The notes beneath the pieces are model-generated. The model ran no database searches. It worked only from the letters and a program-made list of their open reading frames with translations, and was not told the origin of the DNA. A stretch of 64,000 nucleotides of DNA from contig PFNQ01000013.1 of the NCBI GenBank assembly GCA_002792115.1, forward strand, positions 7,236 through 71,235, read 5' to 3'. Position numbers and translations under genes: made by a program. Below, in pieces: positions 28,345-37,413 of this stretch. This stretch comes from Candidatus Woesearchaeota archaeon CG_4_10_14_0_2_um_filter_33_13 (GTDB lineage Archaea > Nanobdellota > Nanobdellia > Woesearchaeales > GW2011-AR9). How positions within the stretch are numbered: the first letter of the stretch is position 1; each line of letters starts with the position of its first letter.

Positions 28345-29751
28345 TTAGTCAGCTTTCCCAAACACCCACACCTCAGAATCTTCGTTGGAATGGACTAATT
28401 TAAATCTTTCGTTTTTAAGTAAGAAAAGCAGACCTTGTTCTTTGGGCAAGATTTCTTTCATATATTTGTTAACATATATAATAGAAATGTTGTGTTCTTC
28501 AAGTATTGGAAAAAGTTCGGTAATATACAATGATGCTAATGCTTTATACGTTAGATCTAAGGAAGAAGAATCTTTTTGTTTAAACAACGTTTCCCTTCCA
28601 GAAAAATAATTGATAATAAATGTATTCTCCGGCAAAGATAAGACCTTGCCTTCTTGAGGTATGTTTTGCTGAACCCAATACAAAGATTCTATGTCTCCAG
28701 CAGTTGGTCCATTTTCTTTGACTCTATCTAAATATGTTATTGTGGAGAAAAGCAGACCTAACACTAATAACAAAAACGTGAACTTTTTAAGAGAAATTAA
28801 GTTCCAATCTCGTTGAAATAGTTTTATAATTCCTGTGGCTGCAAAGAAAGAAGTTAACAGGCTTAAATGAAAAATTGCTTGGCTGTTTAACAAATATGCT
28901 CCCAAGGCGAGAGGTAAGAAAAGGTAGAAAATGTAAAAATTTTTCTTCTTCCAAGTTGTGGTTAAACCAATTAACGCTAAGGCTAAGGTAAATATTTTTA
29001 TGCCACTAACACTACCAAAGTCAGATATTAAACTGGCAATCTTCATCTGAAAGTTGAAAGGACCTAGAATGAATGGAATCTTTAAAACCAAATAATTAAA
29101 TAAAGCAATTATTGTAATTGAAGAGATAATCACATAGCCCTGCAAACTAAAATCTTTTTTTATCAAATATAAGTAGCAAGCTAAAATCAGAATCATAAAT
29201 ATGCTACTATATAGGTCAAAAAAAGTTGCCAAAAGAAAAGGAATTATTGATAAATGGTGTTGCCAATTTTCCTTTTGGTAAAAGTAAAATCCTAATAATA
29301 CAAGAGTAATGTAAAAGGAATATGCTGATAATGTACTAAATGTGTAAATAAATGTTGGAGATAGTGATACCATTAACAAAAAGAAGAAAATAACTTTATC
29401 TGAGATAGTTGTTTTTTCAGTTATTTTGAAGAAAAGCCATAATGAAACGATGGCTAGTCCTAATGGCAGTAATATTAACAAGCTCGTGGAAAATAATTCT
29501 GTCGCCAACTGTAACGGCAGATAATAAAATGTGTTAATGTCCCAAGATTGTGCCTTTAAGAGATGGTAATAACTTTCTTCTCCCATCAATATTGGTTTGC
29601 CCAATGAATGATTATACAGTGAAGGAAGTAACAAGACTACTAAAAATAAACATATGAAAAATGTTCTTTGGTTTTTTAGAAAAAAATTGAATATTTTATT
29701 GTTACTGCTAATAATGGTTTGTTCAATTTTAGTATCTTCGGTTTGACTCAT
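28345..29751 (-). CDS. Polytopic membrane protein, GT-C/STT3-like architecture without WWDYG
   Basis: 468 aa. The first loop MGEESYYHLLK resembles the STT3 EL1 motif. There are about 11 TM segments and a C-terminal soluble domain of about 130 aa (VLSLPENTFIINYFSGRE). Confidence 0.5.
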   Translation of the reverse strand: MSQTEDTKIEQTIISSNNKIFNFFLKNQRTFFICLFLVVLLLPSLYNHSLGKPILMGEESYYHLLKAQSWDINTFYYLPLQLATELFSTSLLILLPLGLAIVSLWLFFKITEKTTISDKVIFFFLLMVSLSPTFIYTFSTLSAYSFYITLVLLGFYFYQKENWQHHLSIIPFLLATFFDLYSSIFMILILACYLYLIKKDFSLQGYVIISSITIIALFNYLVLKIPFILGPFNFQMKIASLISDFGSVSGIKIFTLALALIGLTTTWKKKNFYIFYLFLPLALGAYLLNSQAIFHLSLLTSFFAATGIIKLFQRDWNLISLKKFTFLLLVLGLLFSTITYLDRVKENGPTAGDIESLYWVQQNIPQEGKVLSLPENTFIINYFSGRETLFKQKDSSSLDLTYKALASLYITELFPILEEHNISIIYVNKYMKEILPKEQGLLFLLKNERFKLVHSNEDSEVWVFGKAD

Positions 29752-29752
29752 T

Positions 29753-31243
29753 TTATTTTCCGATCAATTTACATTTTATTAAATAAATTTTTGTTTCTTG
29801 ATTATAAATCAATTCAAAACAATTCTTATCTAAGTAAGGTAATTCTTCAATTCCATACCTCTGTTTTGATTTTGAGGTTATTACAATATAATTAATTCCA
29901 TACGCATCGTAAATGCTTAGGGCCTGTGTTTGGAATTTAGCAGTAAACAGAGCGTTCAAATTATCAAATCTTTGATTTACTTTTTTTATTAAATTAAACT
30001 GGTCATCCATCAAATTTTTTCTGTTTCCATAATAGCTTACCAAGCTGCCCTCTCTAAGATTAGATGCCACCACGCTTTTTTCAGGAGTATTTTGCTTTAA
30101 CCAGACAAAACTATTTACTTGTTCTGTTGTTGGAGTATCTTGATCAAGAGAAAAACTTAATGCTGGGGGAACAATTGTCAAAAGTAATATGATTGTTAAA
30201 ATTAAAGTTATCTTTTTAGTGTAATTGTAGAATTTTGTTTTTTTAATATAATCTGTAAGGTCAACATAAAATACTGAAAACAATATTGCTAAGATTATGG
30301 CAAAAAAACTTAATGATAATTTGAATTCTATTAGCTTTAACCATGATAATATCGTTGTTGAAATGACAAAACTAATCAATAAAAATGCCTTTTGATTTTT
30401 AAGATTAAACAAAGAATTATAGACCACATATATTCCTGTAACAAAGGGAATTATACCAACTAAAACTATTGCCTGTGCTAATGATAATTGTGGATAGTAT
30501 TGAGCTAGAATCTGTTGTGGGATGTTTTGCCAAATAAAGTTTATCCCTTCTGTCAATAATGTCTGTTTGTAAAATAGAAATTGCGTCCAAAGGTAAAGGA
30601 AAAAAGAGAAGATAATGACTTCTGTTTCAGCCCGGTTTATTCTTTTCTTTTCAATTGCTAACAAAACCAAATAGATTAGGTATCCTCCTAAAATTAAGAT
30701 TGTCCCAGAGCTGGTTAAGGAAAGGCAAAACATGGAAAAGATGTACAAATACAAGTAAAATTCTTCTTTAATATTTAAGAAGGCATAGATTGAAAGAAAC
30801 AGAAGCGGCAAAAATAGTGTTTGTGGCGTAAATGAATCTGTTGAGTATAATATTGGTAGGAATCCAGCTATTACGGCCGATAATATTGATGCTTGCTGGT
30901 TATCTGTTAATTTCTTGCTTATCAAATATACTAATGGAACAATTAAAGCGATTAACAAATTTGGTAAAATTTTGGCAACTAGTTCTAAAGGAAGGATTAG
31001 AGCAAAAAATGCTGCAAGATAGTGAAATAATGGTAGAAATACATTAGTTCTTCCTCCATAAGATAGAGGGTCATTGTATAAAGGCAATCCTGTTGAAGAA
31101 ATATGTTCCACCTGTCTAAGATGAAAGTAAGAATCGTATGTTAAGTTTGGCATAAAAAAAGCAAGGACTAATCTTATCGTTAAAGTTAGCATAAATATTG
31201 CCAATAACCAGTATTTGGTATTTTTACCCATAAACATTAACAA
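29753..31243 (-). CDS. Polytopic membrane protein, GT-C/STT3-like architecture without WWDYG
   Basis: 496 aa. The first loop is NLTYDSYFHLRQ. There are about 12 TM segments and a C-terminal soluble domain (VVASNLREGSLVSYYGNRKNLMDD). Several Met codons occur near the start (MLMFMGKN), so the start is uncertain. Confidence 0.5.
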   Translation of the reverse strand: MLMFMGKNTKYWLLAIFMLTLTIRLVLAFFMPNLTYDSYFHLRQVEHISSTGLPLYNDPLSYGGRTNVFLPLFHYLAAFFALILPLELVAKILPNLLIALIVPLVYLISKKLTDNQQASILSAVIAGFLPILYSTDSFTPQTLFLPLLFLSIYAFLNIKEEFYLYLYIFSMFCLSLTSSGTILILGGYLIYLVLLAIEKKRINRAETEVIIFSFFLYLWTQFLFYKQTLLTEGINFIWQNIPQQILAQYYPQLSLAQAIVLVGIIPFVTGIYVVYNSLFNLKNQKAFLLISFVISTTILSWLKLIEFKLSLSFFAIILAILFSVFYVDLTDYIKKTKFYNYTKKITLILTIILLLTIVPPALSFSLDQDTPTTEQVNSFVWLKQNTPEKSVVASNLREGSLVSYYGNRKNLMDDQFNLIKKVNQRFDNLNALFTAKFQTQALSIYDAYGINYIVITSKSKQRYGIEELPYLDKNCFELIYNQETKIYLIKCKLIGK

Positions 31244-31256
31244 AAAGACACTTTTT

Positions 31257-31264
31257 TTTATAAA
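31257..31264 (-). promoter_or_regulatory. TATA box (TTTATAAA) for the six-gene GT-C/GT2/UbiA operon
   Basis: 14 nt upstream of the first Met codon at 31243 and 17-26 nt upstream of the next Met codons (31240, 31234, 31231). Confidence 0.4.
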
Positions 31265-31287
31265 TGTGTATGTTCAAGCTCAGATAT

Positions 31288-31295
31288 ATTTATAT
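31288..31295 (+). promoter_or_regulatory. TATA-like box (ATTTATAT) for radB
   Basis: 23 nt upstream of ATG 31318. Confidence 0.45.
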
Positions 31296-31317
31296 CTTTT
31301 AAAATACTATTAATTTT

Positions 31318-31992
31318 ATGGAAAAACTATCCACCGGGGCATTATTCTTAGATCAACTCCTTAATGGGGGGTATGACCAAGATATTGTTACTACCATATA
31401 TGGTCCTTCCGGTTCTGGTAAAACTAATTTTTGTTTAATGGCTGCTGTTAAAGTAGCTGAAAATGGCAAAAAAGTTATTTTTGTTGATACTGAAGGGGGA
31501 ATTGCTGTTGAAAGAATAAAACAAATTTCTACCTCTTATAAAGATGCTTTAATTAATATGTTATTTTTTAACCCATTTAATTTTATTGAGCAAAATGAGA
31601 TAATGGACAAATTGAAAGAATTGATTAATGAAGATATTGGTTTGATTGTAGTTGATTCTATTTCTATGCTCTATCGTTTAGAATTGGGAAAAAGAGAGGA
31701 TGTTTATGATGTGAACATATCTTTAGGTAGACAAATCGCCACATTGGTGGAGATTACCAGAAAAAGAAAAATTCCTGTCTTGATTACAAATCAAGTTTAT
31801 TCTGATTTTGATGATCGTAATGAGGTTAAGATGGTGGGCGGAGATTTATTGAGGTATGGTTCAAAATGTTTAATTGAACTAAAGAGAAATAATAACTCTA
31901 GAGAGTTCATTTTACGAAAACATCGCTCCTTACCAGAAGGATTAGGCACTACCTTCAAAATTGTGCAATCGGGCTTAGAATCAATAAATTAA
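31318..31992 (+). CDS. radB: RadB-type recombinase paralog (RecA/RadA family, no N-terminal HhH domain)
   Basis: 224 aa with Walker A GPSGSGKTNF and Walker B LIVVDS. A TATA-like box lies 23 nt upstream. Confidence 0.8.
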   Translation: MEKLSTGALFLDQLLNGGYDQDIVTTIYGPSGSGKTNFCLMAAVKVAENGKKVIFVDTEGGIAVERIKQISTSYKDALINMLFFNPFNFIEQNEIMDKLKELINEDIGLIVVDSISMLYRLELGKREDVYDVNISLGRQIATLVEITRKRKIPVLITNQVYSDFDDRNEVKMVGGDLLRYGSKCLIELKRNNNSREFILRKHRSLPEGLGTTFKIVQSGLESIN

Positions 31993-32000
31993 AGCAAATC

Positions 32001-32008
32001 TTTATAAA
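32001..32008 (+). promoter_or_regulatory. TATA box (TTTATAAA) upstream of the structured rps2 leader
   Basis: Lies 181 nt upstream of the rps2 ATG. This implies a long 5' UTR or a separate small transcript. Confidence 0.4.
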
Positions 32009-32075
32009 TAAGTCCACAAAACTTGTTTCTATAGCCGACGCTTATCTGTTATAGGATAAAGCATAACTGCGTGAG

Positions 32076-32091
32076 GCAAAAAAAATCGCAG
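32076..32091 (+). repeat. 16-nt direct repeat copy 1 (GCAAAAAAAATCGCAG)
   Basis: Exact copy at 32134-32149. Followed by the palindrome AGTCAG-ttaatt-CTGACT (32090-32107). Confidence 0.8.
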
Positions 32092-32133
32092 TCAGTTAAT
32101 TCTGACTTCCATTTTTAGGCTTTACTACGCAAA

Positions 32134-32149
32134 GCAAAAAAAATCGCAG
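32134..32149 (+). repeat. 16-nt direct repeat copy 2 (GCAAAAAAAATCGCAG)
   Basis: Exact copy of 32076-32091. Followed by the hairpin CAGATAAG-acttatt-CTTATCTG (32147-32169). Confidence 0.8.
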
Positions 32150-32188
32150 ATAAGACTTATTCTTATCTGATTAATATGAGGCAATAAA

Positions 32189-32794
32189 ATGAGCGAAGAA
32201 CAAGAGAACTTGTTGATTGATTCCAAGGAATACCTTAAGTCTGGAATTCATATCGGAACTAAGTTTAAAACGAAGTATATGGCCAATTTTATCTATAAAA
32301 CCAGGCCAGACGGATTATCCGTATTGAACCTTAAAAAGATTGATGAAAGAGTAAAGTTAGCCGCAAATTTTTTATCAAACTATTCCCCTGAAGAAATATT
32401 AATTGTTTGTAGAAGAGAGAATGGTTGGAAGGCATTAAAGGTTTTAAGTAAAATAACTGGGATGAAAGTAATTGCTGGTAGATATCCTCCAGGAATATTA
32501 ACAAACCCAAATTTAGCAACATTTATCGAACCAAGAGTAATTATGGTTTGTGATCCTTGGCCAGACAAAAATGCAGTTGATGATGCCCGTCGTGTTGGTG
32601 TTCCAATAATTGCATTGTGTGATACTAATAATCAATCCAACAATGTTGATTTAGTTGTACCTTGTAACAATAAAGGTAAGAAATCTGTTGGTTTAGTATT
32701 TTATTTAATTGCAAGGGAATATCTTCATACAAAAGGAGATTTAAAGAGCAACGAAGAATTATCTGTTCCTATTGACGATTTTGTTGAGGAATAA
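32189..32794 (+). CDS. rps2: 30S ribosomal protein uS2 (archaeal form)
   Basis: 201 aa: LLIDSKEYLKSGIHIGT..; IIALCDTNN..VDLVVPCNNKG. Confidence 0.92.
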   Translation: MSEEQENLLIDSKEYLKSGIHIGTKFKTKYMANFIYKTRPDGLSVLNLKKIDERVKLAANFLSNYSPEEILIVCRRENGWKALKVLSKITGMKVIAGRYPPGILTNPNLATFIEPRVIMVCDPWPDKNAVDDARRVGVPIIALCDTNNQSNNVDLVVPCNNKGKKSVGLVFYLIAREYLHTKGDLKSNEELSVPIDDFVEE

Positions 32795-32913
32795 ACATAA
32801 GGTTCTCTGATTAAATTTTTATTTTTCTTAATTCTTTATTTTTTTAATTCTAACTTTCTTCACTAATCTATCTGCTTATTCCATAACCTTTAAAAACGAA
32901 ATTTTTCTTTACT

Positions 32914-33897
32914 TTGATTATGCGTAAAGTAGTTACTTTAGGTGGCGGAACTGGCAATTTTACTGTTCTAAGAGGACTTAAGAAATATGATCTTGATCTC
33001 TCTGCGATTGTTTCTATGGCTGACGATGGTGGTAGTACAGGGATATTGCGAGATGAATTAGGAGTCTTGCCTCCAGGAGATGTTCGTCAATGTTTAGTGG
33101 CGTTATCTGATTCTAGTAGGTTAATGCGTAGCTTGATGAACTATCGTTTTGAAAATGGTTGTTTGCAGGGCCATAGCTTTGGTAATTTATTATTATCTGC
33201 TTTAGAGAAGGTTACTGGTAGTTTTGAAAAGGCGGTGGAAGAAGCAGGAAAAATTCTTTCCATTAAAGGAAAAGTTATTCCCGTAACTACTAATCCCGTA
33301 AGGTTACAAATGCTTTTACCCAATGGTAAGATCTTAAGGGGAGAAAGTGAAATATTGATGTCGAAAAAATCCCTTGTTGGTTTTCAAAGTTTATATTTAG
33401 AACCATTTCCTAAAGCCAATCCTCATGCTATTGATGAAATACTTAACGCCGATTTAGTTGTTTTTGGTCCGGGTGGTTTGTATACTAGTTTAATTCCTTT
33501 ACTTTTAGTTGAAGGTGTGGGGAAGGCCCTGAGGGAAACTAAAGCCAAGAAAGTCTTTGTACTTAACCTGATGAATAAAAAAGCCCAGACTCCAAATTTT
33601 AAAGCAAACAGTTATTTGCAAGAAATTAAAAAATTTATGGGCAAAGATGTTTTTGATTACATTCTGATAAATAATGCTAGGCCAGATCAAGAGTTAATTT
33701 TCAAGTATTCAGAAGAGAGCGAATTTATTGATAATGATCTAGTTAAAGATTCTCGAGTCCTTGAAACAGATTTGATTGATAAAGAATCTGCGGAATATAG
33801 TTCTAGTGATGCCTTGGCAAAAACTAGAGCATTAATTCGTCATGATCCTAAAAAGCTTGCAATAGTGTTAATGAATATAATGGATGAGAAATGTTAA
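32914..33897 (+). CDS. YvcK/CofD-family protein (UPF0052, 2-phospho-L-lactate-transferase-like fold)
   Basis: VVTLGGGTGNFTVLRGLK..SMADDGGSTG..GDVRQC motifs. The track start is TTG; ATG at 32920 is likelier. Confidence 0.8.
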   Translation: MIMRKVVTLGGGTGNFTVLRGLKKYDLDLSAIVSMADDGGSTGILRDELGVLPPGDVRQCLVALSDSSRLMRSLMNYRFENGCLQGHSFGNLLLSALEKVTGSFEKAVEEAGKILSIKGKVIPVTTNPVRLQMLLPNGKILRGESEILMSKKSLVGFQSLYLEPFPKANPHAIDEILNADLVVFGPGGLYTSLIPLLLVEGVGKALRETKAKKVFVLNLMNKKAQTPNFKANSYLQEIKKFMGKDVFDYILINNARPDQELIFKYSEESEFIDNDLVKDSRVLETDLIDKESAEYSSSDALAKTRALIRHDPKKLAIVLMNIMDEKC

Positions 33898-34585
33898 AAT
33901 GCTGATTATCTTAGACTTAGATGATACTTTGATTGATACTTCTGGGTATTATCTGCCTTTAAAACTGCGTCAGGCTTTAGATGCAATGATTAATTCTGGG
34001 TTGGAGACGGGGGATAAAAAAGAAGAGCAATTGTTTCAAGCATTGTTACAAATTGACACTAGTTCTCCTAATGGTAGAGAGACTATAAAGTCTTTCTTAA
34101 CTCAATATTCTGCAGGAAATAATTCTCGTCTTTTTGAGGTTGGAGAAGAAGCATATTATGGTCCATGTGCTGATGAGTTTAAAATTCCTTTGTTAGATCA
34201 TACCAACGAAGTCATTTCTTATTTAAAACAAAATGGTCACATTCTTGTTCTAGTAACTTATGGGATGAAATCTGAGCAGCATAAAAAGATCCTAACATCA
34301 GGCATTAGGAAAGAATTATTTGATCAGATCATAATTGTTGATTTTACCGAAGGATATGATAAAGGGCACGTTTATAAAAAACTATTAATGGAATATGGTC
34401 TCTCTGAGAAAGAGATCGTTGTTTGTGGGGATAAATACAGTAGTGATATCTTACCGGCAAAAAAATTAGGACTTAAGACTGTGCATTTTAGACATGGCCG
34501 TGGAAAAAATCACCGTTATAATCCCAACGAAGTTGATTATTCAATTGAGAATATTATTAAACTTAAAGAAATTGTTGAAAATTAA
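33884..34585 (+). CDS. HAD-superfamily hydrolase
   Basis: ILDLDDTLIDT (DxDxT) and GDKYSSDI motifs. The start could be ATG 33899. Confidence 0.75.
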   Translation: MRNVKMLIILDLDDTLIDTSGYYLPLKLRQALDAMINSGLETGDKKEEQLFQALLQIDTSSPNGRETIKSFLTQYSAGNNSRLFEVGEEAYYGPCADEFKIPLLDHTNEVISYLKQNGHILVLVTYGMKSEQHKKILTSGIRKELFDQIIIVDFTEGYDKGHVYKKLLMEYGLSEKEIVVCGDKYSSDILPAKKLGLKTVHFRHGRGKNHRYNPNEVDYSIENIIKLKEIVEN

Positions 34586-34612
34586 TTAAAACTTAGCGAA
34601 AAAATTATTAAA

Positions 34613-35311
34613 ATGAAAGTTGTTATTTTAGCAGCAGGGAAAGGGACTAGAATGTTACCCTTAACAGAAACATTTCCCAAGGTATTGGTGCCGATAAATG
34701 GCAAACCATTTTTGTATTATCTGATGAGAAATCTGCAGAAAGCAGGTTATTCTGAGTTTTCTTTGGTGGTTGGTTACAAAAAAGATAAAATTCAGAGTTT
34801 TCTGAAGGAGTATGGTTTTGAAGCAGAATTGATAGAACAAAAAGAACAACTTGGAACAGGCCATGCCGTTTTACAAGCCAAAAATTTTGTTAATAATGAA
34901 GAGTTTATTGTTTTGGGTGGAGACAATCTGTGGGGTGTTGATGATTTAAAAGGTATTAATCAAAAGGACGAATTTAATTATATCAGTGGTTTGGAAGTAG
35001 AAAATCCAGAAAAGTATGGCGTTTTAGTTGAAGAAAAAGGTTTATTAAAAGACATTAAAGAAAAACCAAAACAGTTTGTTGGTTATCTGATTAATACTGG
35101 GCTATATAAGTTTAAGTCTGAAGTGTTTACATATTTAGAGAATGTTATTCCTTCTGTAAGGGGAGAGATAGAACTAACTAGTGCGATTGCTAAGATGGCA
35201 GAAAAGAATAAAGTTAAGGTTTTAAGGGTTTTAACTTATTGGAAGGATCTTGGTTGTATCAAAGATGTAGAACCATTAGAACATTTCTTGAAAGAAGTAT
35301 GGTCAGAATAA
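34613..35311 (+). CDS. Sugar-1-phosphate nucleotidyltransferase
   Basis: MKVVILAAGKGTRMLPLTETFPKVLVPINGKP is the canonical NTP-transferase N-terminus. 232 aa. Confidence 0.85.
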   Translation: MKVVILAAGKGTRMLPLTETFPKVLVPINGKPFLYYLMRNLQKAGYSEFSLVVGYKKDKIQSFLKEYGFEAELIEQKEQLGTGHAVLQAKNFVNNEEFIVLGGDNLWGVDDLKGINQKDEFNYISGLEVENPEKYGVLVEEKGLLKDIKEKPKQFVGYLINTGLYKFKSEVFTYLENVIPSVRGEIELTSAIAKMAEKNKVKVLRVLTYWKDLGCIKDVEPLEHFLKEVWSE

Positions 35312-35377
35312 AAATAATAATAAAGTAACTTTTATAAATTCTGGGTTCTTAATTATGATTTAAAAGAGGTTGATAGA

Positions 35378-36856
35378 ATGAAATTTAAAGTAAAAGATAT
35401 GGATATCGCTACTGGCGGGATTCTTATAGTTATTCTTAATCACAATGATGCCACAAAACTAGATCTTCATTCTGGAGACCGGATTTTAGTAAAAGCAAAA
35501 AAAAGTTCTATTACCTGTATTTTAGATATTTCTGAAAGTGACGTGGCTGTTCCTGAGGGAAAGATTGGTCTTTTTGAAGAAGTTTTAGATCGTTTAGGGA
35601 TACATGAAGGCAATTTAGTTGAAGTTAGTTTTACTGGTAAGCCAGAGTCCGTAAAACATATTAGAGAAAAATTACACGGTAAAAGATTATCTTACAAACA
35701 ATTGTATCATATAATTGATGACATCACCCATGATCGATTAACAGATATTGAAAAAACTTACTTTGTTGCTGCAGGGTTTAGTAATGGTTGGAACATTGAA
35801 GAAATTGTCGATATGACTCAGGCAATGGTAGAAACCGGCACAAAGATGAAGTTTAAAGGGATAGTTTTAGATAAACATTGTATTGGTGGCGTGCCTGGAA
35901 ATAGGACTACGATGGTGGTTATTCCAATAATTGCGGCTGCAGGATTTGTTATTCCTAAAACCAGTTCTCGAGCTATAACTTCTCCAGCTGGAACGGCCGA
36001 TACTATGGAATGTTTAGCAAAGGTAGAATTGCCACAAGAAAAAATTAAAGAAATTGTTAAGAAAACCGGGGCGTGTATAGTTCATGGCGGATCAATGAAT
36101 CTTGCTCCAGCAGATGATAAGATTATTGATGTAGAAAATCCATTGTCAATAGATGCGGAAGGACAACTTTTAGCTTCTGTAATGGCCAAAAAGTATTCTG
36201 TTGGTGCCAACCATGTTTTAATAGATATTCCCATGGGTAAGAGCACTAAAGCTAACACCTGGGACAAGGCAAAAAGATTGCGAAAGTTGTTTGAAAAGAT
36301 TGGTAAACGTTTGGATATGAATGTTAAAGTCATAATTACCGACGGTACGCATCCAATTGGAAACGGTGTTGGACCGGTATTGGAGGCCGAGGATGTGATG
36401 GCCGTCCTGAGAAACGAAATTCTTGCTCCTTCCGATTTAAGGAAAAAAGCTCTTTATATGGCAGGAATACTTTTTGAGATGACTGGCAAGTGTAAGAAAG
36501 GGAAGGGTTACCAAATGGCCACAGAAATCCTTGACAACGGCAGAGCGTATAAAAAGATGTTAGATATCATTAAAGAGCAAGGTAAACAACCCATGCCAAA
36601 GTTGGGTGAGGAAAAGTACTATGTCAAAGCCAAGAAGTTTGGCCACGTAACCGAAATAAATAATGAGATTATTGCTAAAGTTGCTAGGATTGCTGGTGCT
36701 CCCACAGACAAGGGTGCGGGTTTGTACCTTAACAAGAAACCACATGATGTAGTAAAAAAAGGTGAGTTGTTGTATACTATTTATGCCGAGAGTAAATTTA
36801 AATTAGATTTAGCAGTTAATTTCATTAAAAAGAATAGTGGGTTTGTGATTAAGTAA
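35378..36856 (+). CDS. deoA: AMP phosphorylase (archaeal thymidine-phosphorylase family)
   Basis: 492 aa with the N-terminal extension typical of AMPpase (MKFKVKDMDIATGG..) and DKHCIGGVPGNRTT. An SD-like AGAGG lies upstream. Confidence 0.8.
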   Translation: MKFKVKDMDIATGGILIVILNHNDATKLDLHSGDRILVKAKKSSITCILDISESDVAVPEGKIGLFEEVLDRLGIHEGNLVEVSFTGKPESVKHIREKLHGKRLSYKQLYHIIDDITHDRLTDIEKTYFVAAGFSNGWNIEEIVDMTQAMVETGTKMKFKGIVLDKHCIGGVPGNRTTMVVIPIIAAAGFVIPKTSSRAITSPAGTADTMECLAKVELPQEKIKEIVKKTGACIVHGGSMNLAPADDKIIDVENPLSIDAEGQLLASVMAKKYSVGANHVLIDIPMGKSTKANTWDKAKRLRKLFEKIGKRLDMNVKVIITDGTHPIGNGVGPVLEAEDVMAVLRNEILAPSDLRKKALYMAGILFEMTGKCKKGKGYQMATEILDNGRAYKKMLDIIKEQGKQPMPKLGEEKYYVKAKKFGHVTEINNEIIAKVARIAGAPTDKGAGLYLNKKPHDVVKKGELLYTIYAESKFKLDLAVNFIKKNSGFVIK

Positions 36857-36876
36857 TCAATCCAATAATCAATCCA

Positions 36877-37392
36877 ATGAAACAAAAAGTAAAGAAGGTT
36901 TCAGTTGTATCTATGATTAACACAGATAGGCCTAAAGGAACTTCTTCAGAGATTTTGAATATTTTTACAAAAGAAATTAAGAAGGTTGAACAATCCTTAA
37001 AGAGAATTGAGGAGATTTACACTAAAGATTTGAGATGGTTTGAAAGATTATCAGATAAGATTGCAGAAGTTGGTGGAAGTTGGAAATTTATTGTTAGTTT
37101 CTTATTGTTTATCCTTGTATGGATGATTATAAACATTTTTGTTCTTGCCACTAAACCTTTTGATCCTTATCCGTTTATACTTCTCAATTTGTGTTTATCT
37201 TGTTTAGCAGCGATACAGGCCCCAGTAATATTAATGAGTCAAAGTAGGGCAGCAAAAAGAGATCAAGCAAGAGCAGAAATGGATCTTGAAAAAGATTTGA
37301 GAGACCTTAAAATTGACCAGAGTTCCCATAGAATATTATTGGACTTGCAGAAGGACATCGCAGAAATTAAACTTGAATTAAAGTTAAAGTAG
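36877..37392 (+). CDS. DUF1003 membrane protein
   Basis: PFDPYPFILLNLCLSCLAAIQAPVILMSQSRAAKRD is the DUF1003 signature. 171 aa. Confidence 0.7.
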   Translation: MKQKVKKVSVVSMINTDRPKGTSSEILNIFTKEIKKVEQSLKRIEEIYTKDLRWFERLSDKIAEVGGSWKFIVSFLLFILVWMIINIFVLATKPFDPYPFILLNLCLSCLAAIQAPVILMSQSRAAKRDQARAEMDLEKDLRDLKIDQSSHRILLDLQKDIAEIKLELKLK

Positions 37393-37413
37393 TTTTTAAT
37401 TGTTATTAAAAAA

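Noticed and set aside
32076-32149. A CRISPR-like or tandem-repeat array, based on the exact 16-nt repeats
   Set aside because: There are only two copies, 58 nt apart, with no further repeats or cas genes anywhere in the window. I treated them as leader or sRNA structure instead.
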